Of a DNA stretch of 37,129 bases, positions 1 through 8,709 are shown piece after piece. Numbering within the stretch: position 1 is the first letter of the stretch; each line of letters starts with the position of its first letter. The DNA is from a virus (lineage: Duplodnaviria > Caudoviricetes): positions 1 to 37,129 of the IMG/VR virus record IMGVR_UViG_3300021365_000046; one strand, given 5' to 3'. A program made the translations under genes and the position numbers. A model generated the notes under the pieces. That model ran no database searches and was not told the origin of the DNA. It saw only the letters and a program-made list of their open reading frames with translations.

Positions 1-319
1 TAGTAATTCTAGATAAATTTCTTGTTCCCTTGTACTCGGAGAGCAAGTTCTTACGATTTACTGTTGAACCTGCCCCATCGAATACTACATAAACAGAAGT
101 TGGATTTGTTTGTCTAATCATGGCCCCCAAAGAGCGAAAGAATCCTCCTAATCCCCCAATATGAACTCCATCAGGATTAACCATATTCATCATAGCAAAA
201 TTTCTAAAAAATAAATTTAAACCATCTAAGATTAATACTCTGTCGTGTCTTTTTAGAGGAGTCTCTTCCCCTTGCTCCTGGACTGTATCCAGGAGTTTAA
301 ATAACTCTTTGTGTTTCAT
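1..319 (-). CDS. 5'-3' exonuclease / flap endonuclease (T4 RNase H or PolI N-terminal-like), partial, runs off the left end
   Basis: Manual translation from ATG at 319: MKHKELFKLL...RVLILDGLNLFFRNF...GVHIGGLGGFFRSL...VYVVFDGAGSTVNRKNLLSEYKGTR. The LILDG, VFD and YKxxR motifs are characteristic of the 5' nuclease family. Confidence 0.85.
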   Translation of the reverse strand, partial: MKHKELFKLLDTVQEQGEETPLKRHDRVLILDGLNLFFRNFAMMNMVNPDGVHIGGLGGFFRSLGAMIRQTNPTSVYVVFDGAGSTVNRKNLLSEYKGTRNLSRIT

Positions 320-328
320 GTTTTTGTT

Positions 329-1402
329 TTAAATGTCCTGCTCGTCGAAAAGTACAGGTGTTACATCTTCTTGGTCTTCTACAATTTTGAACGTTCCTCC
401 ACCTAAGATTTTTGTCCATTCATCTGAATGTTCTTTCTTGTATGCATTCTTGTCTTTATCAGTATCTGTAATAAAACCGTGGTTTGTCATAACAATTTTA
501 CCTCTTGATTGCATACCATTAACATGATTTTTATCAATTTGTAAATTTGTTCTTTTACCCCATTCTACTTGCTTACCACCTTTAATTGCTTTAATTTTAG
601 ATGTCCCAGCATTAGATACATTACCAAAAGTAACTACAAATGTTGCATCATACCACATTGCCATTCCGCCTTTGTTCATCATCTTTGGTTGTCCCATAGG
701 TGATTCTGCTTTGGCAGTCCATACTTTATTAATACAACAAAGTGTATTAGTAAATGGTGATGATTCTTTACGTGACATTACAATGCTTTGATTAACTGTA
801 TTACCAAATTGTGTTGACATTGCCCCTGCATTCCATTCATTATTATTTTTCAGTTTTTCAACTGACATTGCACAAGGAATAGATCCAATAGAATCCCAGA
901 AGAAACATAAATCATAAGGTAGATTACCTTTTTTCTGTTCATTCTGTAGATCCATAATAAATGCTGCTACGTCTTCAATTGTATGTAATGTTTCTCTATC
1001 AACATAAATGAAATTACCTTCGTAATCTACAACATTACCTTCCTCATCTTTGATTAATTTAACTTGTAATCCCATTTGAGCGGCATGTTCCCAATTCCAT
1101 TTCATCTCAGTAATAATAAAAACAGGTAATACTCCCATTTTTTGTGCTGATACAGCAGCTTCAAGTAAAGCTGTTGTTTTACCAGTATCAGAGTGTCCTC
1201 TAAGTAGTGAAATATGTCCCATTGGTATACCCGGAACTCCGGCAATTTCTTGAAAAGCAGGAGATAATGGAATCCATTTTTGTTCTTTAAATTTGACGTT
1301 TTTATCTAAACCCTTTGAAGATTTAAATTTATTTAAGTCAAATTTGCTCTTAATCTCGGCGGACACTGCCGCCGAGAGAGACTTGGATGCTTTTCTTGCC
1401 AT
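329..1402 (-). CDS. uvsX: RecA/UvsX-like recombinase
   Basis: GIPMG..GHSDTGKTT Walker A, FFWDSIGS Walker B, KGGMAMWYDA and DKNHV motifs; adjacent to SSB. Confidence 0.88.
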   Translation of the reverse strand: MARKASKSLSAAVSAEIKSKFDLNKFKSSKGLDKNVKFKEQKWIPLSPAFQEIAGVPGIPMGHISLLRGHSDTGKTTALLEAAVSAQKMGVLPVFIITEMKWNWEHAAQMGLQVKLIKDEEGNVVDYEGNFIYVDRETLHTIEDVAAFIMDLQNEQKKGNLPYDLCFFWDSIGSIPCAMSVEKLKNNNEWNAGAMSTQFGNTVNQSIVMSRKESSPFTNTLCCINKVWTAKAESPMGQPKMMNKGGMAMWYDATFVVTFGNVSNAGTSKIKAIKGGKQVEWGKRTNLQIDKNHVNGMQSRGKIVMTNHGFITDTDKDKNAYKKEHSDEWTKILGGGTFKIVEDQEDVTPVLFDEQDI

Positions 1403-1404
1403 AT

Positions 1405-2229
1405 TTAGAAGGGTAGATCATCAGTTTTATTATCTTCACTGAACATTGAGTCAAAGGCATCTGCTTTATTCTTCTTAACATTACTAGTATCTAAACTAAA
1501 ATTACTACTAGGTGTTGATACAGGGGCAGTTGTAACTACTTCTTCAGGTGATTCTTCAACTTCAGGCGATAACCACTTTTCTAAAGCAACCTTCATTTCA
1601 TCAAACGTGAATTTTTTAAATAATCCTTCATTTGGGTTTGGTTGTTCACTTGTCCATTGTTCTACTTGTTTAGCATCTTCACTTAATGGTGAAGTTTTTA
1701 AACGAACACGTACCGATGATTTATTATAAGGAGTACCTGTTGATTCTGGTCCTACTGTTTCTACTGTAAGGTCTCTACCGTTTACAATATCTGTGTAATC
1801 TCCAATTTCATCATCAACAGCTAATGCTAATAATTCTTCATATACCATTTTACCAAATTGCCATAATCTAGTACCTTTATCTTCTTCTCCTCTTACTATA
1901 ACAGGAACAAAATAACGAGTTTTTGGGTCTAATTTCTTAGCCATAACAAAATTCTCTTTAGTATACTCTTCTCTAAGCTTTGCAGCAAATAGAGCAATAG
2001 GATCTTTCTCACCATAATTAAGTGGTGAAAGCATCACTTTGTTAGTAATACCATAGTAGAATTTTAATTCAGAAAATGGGTTTGATGGGTTGTACGCTGA
2101 TGGTACGATTCTAATTTGTTGTTTACCAATTGTAGGTCTCCAATAAATTGTTGAGTAATCAGTTTTTGTACCTGATTGTTGTTTTGATTGAAGCCCTTCT
2201 AGCTTCTGTTTAATTGCATTTAAATCCAT
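1405..2229 (-). CDS. Single-stranded DNA-binding protein (gp32-like)
   Basis: WRP..G...IRIVP, LWQFGKMVY and DIVNGRD motifs; acidic tail ending DDLPF; next to the recombinase. Confidence 0.85.
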   Translation of the reverse strand: MDLNAIKQKLEGLQSKQQSGTKTDYSTIYWRPTIGKQQIRIVPSAYNPSNPFSELKFYYGITNKVMLSPLNYGEKDPIALFAAKLREEYTKENFVMAKKLDPKTRYFVPVIVRGEEDKGTRLWQFGKMVYEELLALAVDDEIGDYTDIVNGRDLTVETVGPESTGTPYNKSSVRVRLKTSPLSEDAKQVEQWTSEQPNPNEGLFKKFTFDEMKVALEKWLSPEVEESPEEVVTTAPVSTPSSNFSLDTSNVKKNKADAFDSMFSEDNKTDDLPF

Positions 2230-2271
2230 AATGTAACTTTTATTTATTTATAACTTTATTTATGTAATCGG

Positions 2272-2301
2272 AATATACGAACCAGGGTTCGGGGAGCCAA
2301 A
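2272..2301 (-). promoter_or_regulatory. Class A bipartite promoter TTTGG-N15-TTCGTATATT upstream of SSB
   Basis: Same motif and 15-nt spacer at five sites in the window. Confidence 0.7.
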
Positions 2302-2763
2302 CTAAACTTCAAGAATTTTGTAAATCTTTGTATTTAATTGGTTTAGTGTATTATGTTGGGTAAGTAGAATACAGTTTCTATAATGTTGCCAATCAACTCT
2401 AAATTTAGTATCAACTATACCTCCATTTAATCCTTTAATTAATTCATTTAAGGCATTAATAGTATATAAGGTATTTGATTCCTTCTTTCTATGTACTAAA
2501 ATAGTATTAGGTGGGATTGAATCAACATTTCCTTGATCAACATTATATGTAATTACATATTCATTTTTGTCCTTAATTTCTAGGACAAACATTTTATTAT
2601 ATATAATTGTGTATTTTGACTTAATATCTTCTATTAAGTTGTCTAAATTTTCTAAATCTGTAAATGTACAGAATAACTTATTATCCAAATCTCTAATATT
2701 TTGTATTGATGATATAACATCATAATTCATATTATACGTATTTGGTTCTTTATTTAAAATCAT
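2302..2763 (-). CDS. Hypothetical phage protein (true start may be at 2730 or later)
   Basis: 153-aa ORF co-oriented in the replication block; no recognisable motif. Confidence 0.6.
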   Translation of the reverse strand: MILNKEPNTYNMNYDVISSIQNIRDLDNKLFCTFTDLENLDNLIEDIKSKYTIIYNKMFVLEIKDKNEYVITYNVDQGNVDSIPPNTILVHRKKESNTLYTINALNELIKGLNGGIVDTKFRVDWQHYRNCILLTQHNTLNQLNTKIYKILEV

Positions 2764-4024
2764 AGTTATAACCTTGTTTTGTTTTTATACTAAATCGGTA
2801 TTTATCAAAAATGCCTTTTATTGTTTCTTTTAAATACTCTTCATCTTCACTCAAATCAAATAAGAATGAGTCATAAGTGTAAAGTATCAATTTACTCTTT
2901 TTATTATGTATGACTGTAAATATATCCCATAATATACGAACGTTCATTGACGTCTCCAAATTTTGTAATAGATAATTAAATAGTTTTTGTGGATTCATTT
3001 TACCTAAGTTTTCTTTTTTATATACAAAACTAGAAACCGGACACGTTATTTTACCTTCACTCTCAAACTCTTTCCAAAGTTCTTTTACGTATATACTAAT
3101 TTTTTTAAAGAATTCCAGGTGCTCATATTGTTTAAATACTCCCCCGTATAATTGTTTAAATGTCAGTTCTTTAGACTTTTTATAATCGACGTTGTAGAGT
3201 TTGGAAAAATGAGAGTGAATATCACTAGTGGGGAAATTATAATCAATGAGACGACAAGACAAGCTAGGATGATAAGCGCTAATATCCACTTCGTACAAAA
3301 TACTATTACTCGGAATGAAAGACTTTCTACATCCGTTTTCTTTGTTGAGTGCTGCATAATTTACATTTTTAAATTTATTTGATGGTCTAGTTGTTGTTGT
3401 TTTTAAGTTGAACTGAGTGTAGACGTATTCACCATCAACGGGGTGGAAATATTCTTCGAAGGTTTCATTGTGTATACGTATTCCACTTTGCTCGATGGCG
3501 TTGAACACCAAGGATACTTTATTGTTATAGAATTCATTATATTTTGTTTTTTCATTGTTAATATTCGCTTTTAGATCTCCCCAAATCGTTTCACATATTT
3601 CATAATGTTTAACAATCGGTATAATTAGGTTTAATTCATGGTTATCTTGGTGTTGCCTATAGTACAATTCATGTGTTTGTGTTGTAGGTCGTATATACGT
3701 AGTAGGTGGTGGGTTTATGTCATAAAGAGCTTTGAATAAGTTTGGATAATAATGTAATATTTCTTTTTTATCCCTACAATATAATGTTTCAAATTTTTCT
3801 AATAGTTTGTCTATACCCGTATTTAACGCATTTAAAGATTCACTATGTGCAATACATACCATAAAGCCTTTTGTTGCTTCAAGTGGTCTAATATACACCA
3901 AACTTACATGGGTTTGTGCAGGATGAATAACATTACTAAAAGGGATTACTTCAATGAAAGCCTTTTTATAACTACTATTTATTAAAACATTTAATTGACT
4001 TTCGTCTTCTACTAACCAATACAT
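2750..4024 (-). CDS. Short DNA polymerase family A-like protein
   Basis: TTTTRPS (cf. TxTGRLSS), RKSFIP, motif A EVDISAYHP, motif B KELTFKQLYGG, motif C-like YTYDSFLF. Confidence 0.75.
   Translation of the reverse strand: MYWLVEDESQLNVLINSSYKKAFIEVIPFSNVIHPAQTHVSLVYIRPLEATKGFMVCIAHSESLNALNTGIDKLLEKFETLYCRDKKEILHYYPNLFKALYDINPPPTTYIRPTTQTHELYYRQHQDNHELNLIIPIVKHYEICETIWGDLKANINNEKTKYNEFYNNKVSLVFNAIEQSGIRIHNETFEEYFHPVDGEYVYTQFNLKTTTTRPSNKFKNVNYAALNKENGCRKSFIPSNSILYEVDISAYHPSLSCRLIDYNFPTSDIHSHFSKLYNVDYKKSKELTFKQLYGGVFKQYEHLEFFKKISIYVKELWKEFESEGKITCPVSSFVYKKENLGKMNPQKLFNYLLQNLETSMNVRILWDIFTVIHNKKSKLILYTYDSFLFDLSEDEEYLKETIKGIFDKYRFSIKTKQGYNYDFK
2931..2960 (-). promoter_or_regulatory. Class A promoter inside the polA-like gene
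   Basis: Minus strand reads TTTGG AGACGTCAATGAACG TTCGTATATT. Confidence 0.6.
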
Positions 4025-4042
4025 TTATAACCATTTTATTCT

Positions 4043-4072
4043 AATATACGATGAATTTATCTAGTATCCACT
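4043..4072 (-). promoter_or_regulatory. Class A promoter variant upstream of the polA-like gene
   Basis: Minus strand reads AGTGG-N15-ATCGTATATT, 18 nt upstream of the ATG. Confidence 0.6.
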
Positions 4073-4912
4073 CCCTCTTGAAATATTTTTTCTAATTGAA
4101 GTTCCTACTTCTCTATCAAGAATTGGAAGTTGTAAATTTTGTTCTTCTTTCTTACCTTTAAAGGGTATTAAAATACTATGTGGGGTGGAGGTGTGAAATC
4201 TACCTTCCATAATTACTCCTCTATTTGTATGTATATGGTAAAAACCAACATAATTTTCTCCAGTATCTTTAACTTTTAACTCACCTCCAGTAGTGGAATA
4301 AAATTGTTTTTTATTTTCTTTATAATATTTTAAATATCTATCTTTAAAGAAGTTAGAAAAACCAGTTAATGAATTTTGTTTTTGGTAAAGTGAGACAATT
4401 TTTTTATTCACTTCGTATGTTTCTATAGGTTTGCCTACTAATACCCAATTAATAACAATAGGCTTATACAATTGATATTGAGAGTTTTTATTTTTATTTT
4501 TAAAATTACTATAAGTATGGTTGTCAACCTCTAAATAAAGATTTGTAGTATTATGGTTTAAAAAATAACGTTGATATTCTCCTGTTTCATAATCCCCCGT
4601 AGTTGGTAATACTATTATTGATTTAGGTGGTGGTGGTAGAATAGGTGATTTTGAACTATTACGGTATCCTGGAGTTTGGTAAGTTAAAGATGGGGGTGGA
4701 CTGAAAATAGGGTCAATATCCTGGTTTTTGTCATTTGTGGGAGATGGTATTAGTAGAGAAGTAATTCCATCTTGAGGGGTTTTACCTGTATAAGATTTAC
4801 CATTAGAAGTAGTAAAATAAGAACCAATATATCTTTCTCCACTATCAGCTACTATAAATTCACTACCATTAGTAGTTAAATCTGTGATGATTTGGGATTT
4901 AGGATAATACAT
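4061..4912 (-). CDS. Hypothetical protein, probably baseplate/tail associated
   Basis: Last gene of the tail block; internally duplicated segment (TTNGSEF...GERYIGSY and STTGGEL...GENYVGFYH). Confidence 0.55.
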   Translation of the reverse strand: MYYPKSQIITDLTTNGSEFIVADSGERYIGSYFTTSNGKSYTGKTPQDGITSLLIPSPTNDKNQDIDPIFSPPPSLTYQTPGYRNSSKSPILPPPPKSIIVLPTTGDYETGEYQRYFLNHNTTNLYLEVDNHTYSNFKNKNKNSQYQLYKPIVINWVLVGKPIETYEVNKKIVSLYQKQNSLTGFSNFFKDRYLKYYKENKKQFYSTTGGELKVKDTGENYVGFYHIHTNRGVIMEGRFHTSTPHSILIPFKGKKEEQNLQLPILDREVGTSIRKNISRGSGY

Positions 4913-4937
4913 AAATTTTATAATTTAATAATAAATA

Positions 4938-7900
4938 TTAAGATAAATACAACTCTTTTTCTTTTATTCTTCTTCTTACTAAACTTGGGTTTGGTACACC
5001 ATTTTGTGTAGTTCTATACTCAGGAATAATTTCAGCAGCTTCTCTATATTGCCCCTTATTAATATATTCTTTAAGTGGGGTTGGTAAACCAGCACTTGTA
5101 TCACCAATATTACCTGCATTATATACTATATTTAATAAGGCATCAAATTCTGGTTGTCTTAATGGAACTGTAATATTACTTTTTAAAATATTCTCATAAC
5201 TTTTTAATTTTTCTTTTAATAATACTTTAGATTCATTTTCAGTAATTTCAGTATTCCAAGATAAACTTGGTATAACTGCTCTTGTAAATCCATAACCTAT
5301 TGTAAGTGTACCCCCAGTTGATAAAATGTTTGATGTAGTATTGGAGGTAATTATAGTATCCTGGGTGAGTCTTTTTGGATTTTGTGAGGTTCCCGGGTCT
5401 TTATCATCGTAAGAATATTTACGGAATCCTTCAGATTTAATTAGTTCTTCTATAGCATTATCACTTGCTGTTAATTGATTTATGGGTATTCTATTACGGT
5501 TGTTGTAAATTGCTACTTTTATATCATCAAGAGCATCTAAATTTAGAAGATAATCTATTATTTGTTCTTTTACGACTATACCTAAACCTTTATAAATATC
5601 GGCTTGTATGGGAATTGTATTAGGAACAGAAAGTGTACCTAAAGATGTTAACCAATTATTATTAGATATTTCATGATCTACTTTTGTAATTATAAATTTT
5701 AATGCTTTAGGGTATGCCTTAGGTAAAAACTTTTGGTTAATTGTTAATGCATTATAAATTCTAATCCCAGATAACCCATTTATTGTTAATCCTAAATCAG
5801 CAGGAATAAAGCCTATTGTATTTGATGGGTTTTTTGTTTCTGTATAATTAACATTATTTACTTGGTTTATAAATCCCCTAAATAATGATTTCCCTATGTT
5901 GTAAAAATCATTATTAAAATAAAAATATAACTTTGAATCTTGTTCTTTATTAAGTTTCCCCCCAAAAGCTTGAATTAACCATGATATATAACTTTTAGCC
6001 TCTTCTGGGTCTTCTTCTTCTTGAGACTGATCATTTTCAACCCAACTTTTAACCTTAGAAGTATATTCTGCCCAAGTTACATTACTGTAATCCTCTCCAG
6101 TAACTGGACAATTATCAATATCTTTCCTTCCTTTATTTGTTACCCCATAGTCTGTAGTTTCAAGACTGTTATCATCTCTAAGTGTTGATTTTGCAAATTC
6201 TGCCCCTAATGGGTTAAAACCTCCCATATTTATTAATGCAAAGGTATACGCATCGGGTAGGATACTAAGATCAAATTCTGATTTATCCCATTTTAAAATA
6301 ATAGCTTCTAATTGTGCTTTGTTTAAAGGCCAAGTATCAACTTTTTTAAAAGGTGTTGTTTTATCAGGATCTTTATATTCACTAGCATAAGCATCTTCTA
6401 ACCCATCATTCCATTTAGAAAAAGCAGTACCATCATAATTTTTTGTAGATTTATTTGCTGCAGTGGCCCCAATAGTAATCATACTAGCTAATTCAGGACC
6501 TATTTTAGTTTTGAATGAAAAATCTCTTACAAAATTTGAAAATGAAGAACCTGAAGGTCCGTTAGAATAACCATAAATTTCAAAAGGAACATTAGCGTTG
6601 AATCTATTTGAAAATTTTTGTGAATTTTCAATACCTGGTATAGGATTCTGGTCTATTATTTTTATAATATAATCATTTTCTAGAATAGGTTCTAATTTAT
6701 TAAAACCTCCTAAAGCACTATTTATCCCATCACATATAGCTTGTAAAAATTTAAAAATACTTAAATCTCCATCTTTTGTGTTTTTTTCTAAAACAGTTGA
6801 AACAAAATCATAATTTAAGTAAATGTTCATAATATTACCATAAAGTACTTTTGGGTCTGAACATTCATCCTCTGGGAGGAAAGGTTTTAATTTACTAAAG
6901 GCATTATAGAAATTTTTAACACCTACTGAAGTATTATCAAATTTTTCTTTAGAATCTAAATTAATTTCATCAGAAAATTGAGGCTTAATTAAACATATTT
7001 TAGGGTCAAATGAAACTTGGTTTGGAAAAACAGAACATATTTCTTCTTCTTCAGTAATAGAAAATTCTAACATTTTCTTATTATTGATAGATGGGAGACA
7101 TAGTGTATTTAGTTTTGCAAGTAATTCTTGAAAAGTTAAATAATAATTAAATTTAAAAGCATCAGTACCCGTGGGAAGGTATAAAAGAGATTCATTTTTT
7201 GCTAATCTTTCTATTTTAGCAGAAGATAAGAGATTATAATCATCATTTTCTTCTAAATTAGTAAATAAACCAAAATAATTACTTTGATTTTCAGTCCATT
7301 GTTCTTTTTCTTTTTGGGATATGTCCCGAAATAAATCAATAGATAAAGTACTCGAACCTGCATTATTTATAATAACACTATCAGTTTTTTTTAATTTTTT
7401 AGTAGTTTCACTTTGATTAATTTCAAGTGTTGATATAGATACATCTGTAGCAACACTAGGTAAATTTACTTTAAGGGATTCAATAACATCACCTACTGTA
7501 ATAAGTTTTAAAGTTATGTCATAGGTACCATCAGGTTGAAAACTCCAATCAAAATTAACAACTTTTCCTAAAAAACCATCATAATTAGCCTGGTATGTTT
7601 TTCTATATTTTTCAATATATGAAAGGATTTTTTGGTAACTATATTTAGGAAAATCATTAAACCATATATCTTCAATTATTGTATTCCCAGTTAGTTGTAA
7701 TTCACCTTTATTATTTTTAAACTTATCAACCCCCCATTCAAGCATCATAGTATAACCTAACCTCATATAAAGTAATTCTATTAACTCAAATTGAAATAAA
7801 TTATAAGCTTTCATTACTACCGTAGCTTCACGAATAGACCCACGGTTTTTACAATTAATTTTAGCAGAAATAAGTCCAGGAGCAGGAACTATACCTTGTT

Positions 7901-8384
7901 CTTTTGATCCTAATCCATATGAATTATTATTCCATAAATTTGATGTTGAGGTAGAAATTACACCTTTTCTAAAAACTTTAGAACCTGGTGTATCTTTTTT
8001 GCTGAGGTCATTGCTTTTTTTAGTTGGGTTTACTTGTGTTAAAGTATTAAATAGAACTGCTTTCCTAGCAAGTTGATTTCCTGTAAATTTTCCGGTATCA
8101 GGAAGTCCAATATCTCTTAATCTTTGTTCTCCCGAACTAATATTACTATCTTCATATATCCCTGTATCTATATTAAGTACTGGTTTTGACTCATTTGCAC
8201 CCTCTTCTGTTTCTGTTTCTGTTAAGGGTATAACTCTTACTGAGGATGCTAATTTTAACCAAGCATTACTATTAGTTAATAAAGTTAAATCTTCTGCGGA
8301 TCTTGTTTTTTTTCCGTATAATGTTTGCCGTTGAAATATTTGAGTTGAAACAAATTGTCTAAATGATTCTCCTATTATACTCAT
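4938..8384 (-). CDS. Baseplate hub-like protein with a C-terminal GH24 phage lysozyme domain
   Basis: C-terminus has EGFR..YDD, TIGYG, QPEFDALLNIVYNAG and LVRRRIKEKELY. The N-terminal PAPGLIS..RGSIREATV..LEWG region and the position after the LysM gene suggest a hub. Confidence 0.7.
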   Translation of the reverse strand: MSIIGESFRQFVSTQIFQRQTLYGKKTRSAEDLTLLTNSNAWLKLASSVRVIPLTETETEEGANESKPVLNIDTGIYEDSNISSGEQRLRDIGLPDTGKFTGNQLARKAVLFNTLTQVNPTKKSNDLSKKDTPGSKVFRKGVISTSTSNLWNNNSYGLGSKEQGIVPAPGLISAKINCKNRGSIREATVVMKAYNLFQFELIELLYMRLGYTMMLEWGVDKFKNNKGELQLTGNTIIEDIWFNDFPKYSYQKILSYIEKYRKTYQANYDGFLGKVVNFDWSFQPDGTYDITLKLITVGDVIESLKVNLPSVATDVSISTLEINQSETTKKLKKTDSVIINNAGSSTLSIDLFRDISQKEKEQWTENQSNYFGLFTNLEENDDYNLLSSAKIERLAKNESLLYLPTGTDAFKFNYYLTFQELLAKLNTLCLPSINNKKMLEFSITEEEEICSVFPNQVSFDPKICLIKPQFSDEINLDSKEKFDNTSVGVKNFYNAFSKLKPFLPEDECSDPKVLYGNIMNIYLNYDFVSTVLEKNTKDGDLSIFKFLQAICDGINSALGGFNKLEPILENDYIIKIIDQNPIPGIENSQKFSNRFNANVPFEIYGYSNGPSGSSFSNFVRDFSFKTKIGPELASMITIGATAANKSTKNYDGTAFSKWNDGLEDAYASEYKDPDKTTPFKKVDTWPLNKAQLEAIILKWDKSEFDLSILPDAYTFALINMGGFNPLGAEFAKSTLRDDNSLETTDYGVTNKGRKDIDNCPVTGEDYSNVTWAEYTSKVKSWVENDQSQEEEDPEEAKSYISWLIQAFGGKLNKEQDSKLYFYFNNDFYNIGKSLFRGFINQVNNVNYTETKNPSNTIGFIPADLGLTINGLSGIRIYNALTINQKFLPKAYPKALKFIITKVDHEISNNNWLTSLGTLSVPNTIPIQADIYKGLGIVVKEQIIDYLLNLDALDDIKVAIYNNRNRIPINQLTASDNAIEELIKSEGFRKYSYDDKDPGTSQNPKRLTQDTIITSNTTSNILSTGGTLTIGYGFTRAVIPSLSWNTEITENESKVLLKEKLKSYENILKSNITVPLRQPEFDALLNIVYNAGNIGDTSAGLPTPLKEYINKGQYREAAEIIPEYRTTQNGVPNPSLVRRRIKEKELYLS

Positions 8385-8386
8385 CT

Positions 8387-8707
8387 TTAATTAAGACTAT
8401 TTAAATTGTTAAAACTACTTTGGATAACTGATGTATTAATTGGGATTCGAATTTGTACTCCTAAAGGTATATAATATGAATCTTGTGATAAAAAATTATT
8501 GGCTGTAGAAATTATCCACCAAAGAGTAGAATCTCCATAATATGAATTAGCTAATATATCAAATCTATCCCCAGATTCCGCATAAACATATATATCATCA
8601 GGGGAAAGAGGGATTTCAGGGTATTTTACACCTCTATAGTATCTAATTCCTCTAGTACCATTAATTTTATTTTTTGATAATATTTTATCTCTTTGATATC
8701 TATTCAT
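8387..8707 (-). CDS. LysM-like baseplate wedge protein (gp53-like)
   Basis: GDRFDILANSYYGDSTLWWIISTAN...G.QIRIP is a typical tail LysM signature. Confidence 0.8.
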   Translation of the reverse strand: MNRYQRDKILSKNKINGTRGIRYYRGVKYPEIPLSPDDIYVYAESGDRFDILANSYYGDSTLWWIISTANNFLSQDSYYIPLGVQIRIPINTSVIQSSFNNLNSLN

Positions 8708-8709
8708 TA

